Assembly: GCF_000025925.1 (NCBI RefSeq)
Contig: NC_014033.1
Span: forward strand, 2,280,001 to 2,312,000
DNA from: Xylanibacter ruminicola 23
GTDB taxonomy: Bacteria; Bacteroidota; Bacteroidia; Bacteroidales; Bacteroidaceae
Direction of reading: 5' to 3'
DNA: 32,000 nucleotides
This document shows, piece by piece, positions 30,959 through 32,000 of this stretch. Position 1 is the first letter of the stretch. Every line of letters begins with the position of its first letter. The notes beneath the pieces are model-generated. The model saw only the letters and a program-made list of their open reading frames with translations, did not search any database and had not been told where the DNA came from. A program made the position numbers and the translations under genes.

Positions 30959-32000
30959 ATGAAAGCAATTAAATATCTAGTTATGGGTGCGTTGCTGACA
31001 GGTTTCAGCGCCACCGCTAATGCACAGGAAGCAGAGCTCAATGCAGCTCTCGACGGTATTAAGTCAAAGGCTCCCAATGTAGCCGAGTTAGCAAAAGCTG
31101 CCTACAAGAAGAACAAGAAGGACGCTGCTGCGCTGATTAAGATTGGTCAGGCCTTCTATGCTCAGAAGGACACAGCAAATGCCCGCTTGTTTGCCAACTA
31201 CGCTAACGAAGCTGGTAAGCCTAAGTATCAGTTTGCTCCTGCCTATCTGCTGTTAGGCGACATCGAGTCGGCTTACGGAACAGATGGTGGTAAGGCTGCA
31301 GGTTACTACAACCAGGCTATCACTTTTGACCCAAAGAATCCTGAGGGTTACAAGAAGTGGGCTATGGTATATCGTAAGATCAGCCCAAGTCAGGCTGCCA
31401 AGAAGCTGCAGGAAATGAAGGCTCAGTGTCCCAACGAGGATGTTGACGCTATCACAGCTCACATCTACATGCTGGCTGGTGATGAGAAGCAGGCTTACGA
31501 GAACTATGCCAAGGCTAACATCGGCAAGCTGGATAAGCTGGGACTGAACGAGTTTGTACGCGCCAGCTACTTCACTGGTCACTTCCAGGATGCACTCCGT
31601 GCTGCCGAGGCTGGAATCAAGCTCGAGCCACGTAACCCAACATTCAACCGTTTGGCTATGTTCTCAAACTACGAGCTGAAGAACTACGAGGCTGCTAAGG
31701 CTTACATCCACAAGTACTTCTTCGAGACCGACAGTGCCAAGGTATCTGAGTACGACCACTTCTACACAGCTCTGATTTATCAGGCTCTGGAGGATAAGGC
31801 TAACATGTACACGCACTATGACAAGGCTCTTGAGCTGGTTAACGATCAGTCAATGATCAAGCGCTGGGCTATTCTGAAGAGCGTATCAGACTCTTATCTG
31901 AAGGACAAGGAGTTCGACAATGCCATCAAATACTACGATCAGTATCTGGCATGTAAGCCCGATGTTAACTCTGACGATATGGAAGGTGTAGCAAAGATCT
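30959..32000 (+). CDS. TPR-repeat secreted protein (5' partial, runs off the window); not in the supplied ORF track
   Basis: I translated this by hand from ATG 30959: MKAIKYLVMGALLTGFSATANAQEAELNAALDGIK... The frame is open for 347 codons to the window edge. It has a signal peptide, helical TPR-like content (YYNQAITFDPKNPEGYKKWAMVY) and the same codon style as the exbB operon. Confidence 0.8.
   Translation, partial: MKAIKYLVMGALLTGFSATANAQEAELNAALDGIKSKAPNVAELAKAAYKKNKKDAAALIKIGQAFYAQKDTANARLFANYANEAGKPKYQFAPAYLLLGDIESAYGTDGGKAAGYYNQAITFDPKNPEGYKKWAMVYRKISPSQAAKKLQEMKAQCPNEDVDAITAHIYMLAGDEKQAYENYAKANIGKLDKLGLNEFVRASYFTGHFQDALRAAEAGIKLEPRNPTFNRLAMFSNYELKNYEAAKAYIHKYFFETDSAKVSEYDHFYTALIYQALEDKANMYTHYDKALELVNDQSMIKRWAILKSVSDSYLKDKEFDNAIKYYDQYLACKPDVNSDDMEGVAKI

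Overview
This window looks like a mostly housekeeping chromosomal segment of a Bacteroidota genome. I infer it is Prevotella/Segatella-like from TTTG/TAnnTTTG promoters, the absence of Shine-Dalgarno signals, and PorX/PorW-type T9SS genes. I call 29 protein genes and 2 tRNAs. They are tadA, birA, pyrH, a psd-pssA-DUF4834 operon, dnaE, trxA, a co-directional PorW-like/porX/tsaE run, a small Cys-rich membrane protein, aroA, a lone PL10-like pectate lyase, tRNA-Pro(GGG), two orphan A/T-rich genes, a three-gene operon (GH2-like protein, porin-like OMP, tandem-repeat protein), tRNA-Met(CAT), a START-like protein, an extended LptF/LptG-type permease, ribBA, an aspartate-type aminotransferase, and an exbB-exbD-exbD-tonB-PBP-TPR operon. 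The last gene of that operon runs off the window and is absent from the ORF track. There is no CRISPR array, no mobile element, and no recognisable defence system. Two observations stand out. (1) Six short tandem arrays with a 7-8 nt period sit exactly at five gene junctions, and each places a stop codon in all three frames on the sense strand. Some also create TAATG stop-start relays or ATGTAA start-stop units. (2) An uncharacterised promoter-to-terminator operon at 17405-21478 encodes a GH2-like protein whose acid/base motif reads QD instead of NE, a porin-like barrel, and a protein with six 16-17 aa EDGSFRTIGR repeats. All functional calls come from motif recognition by eye. No database searches were run.
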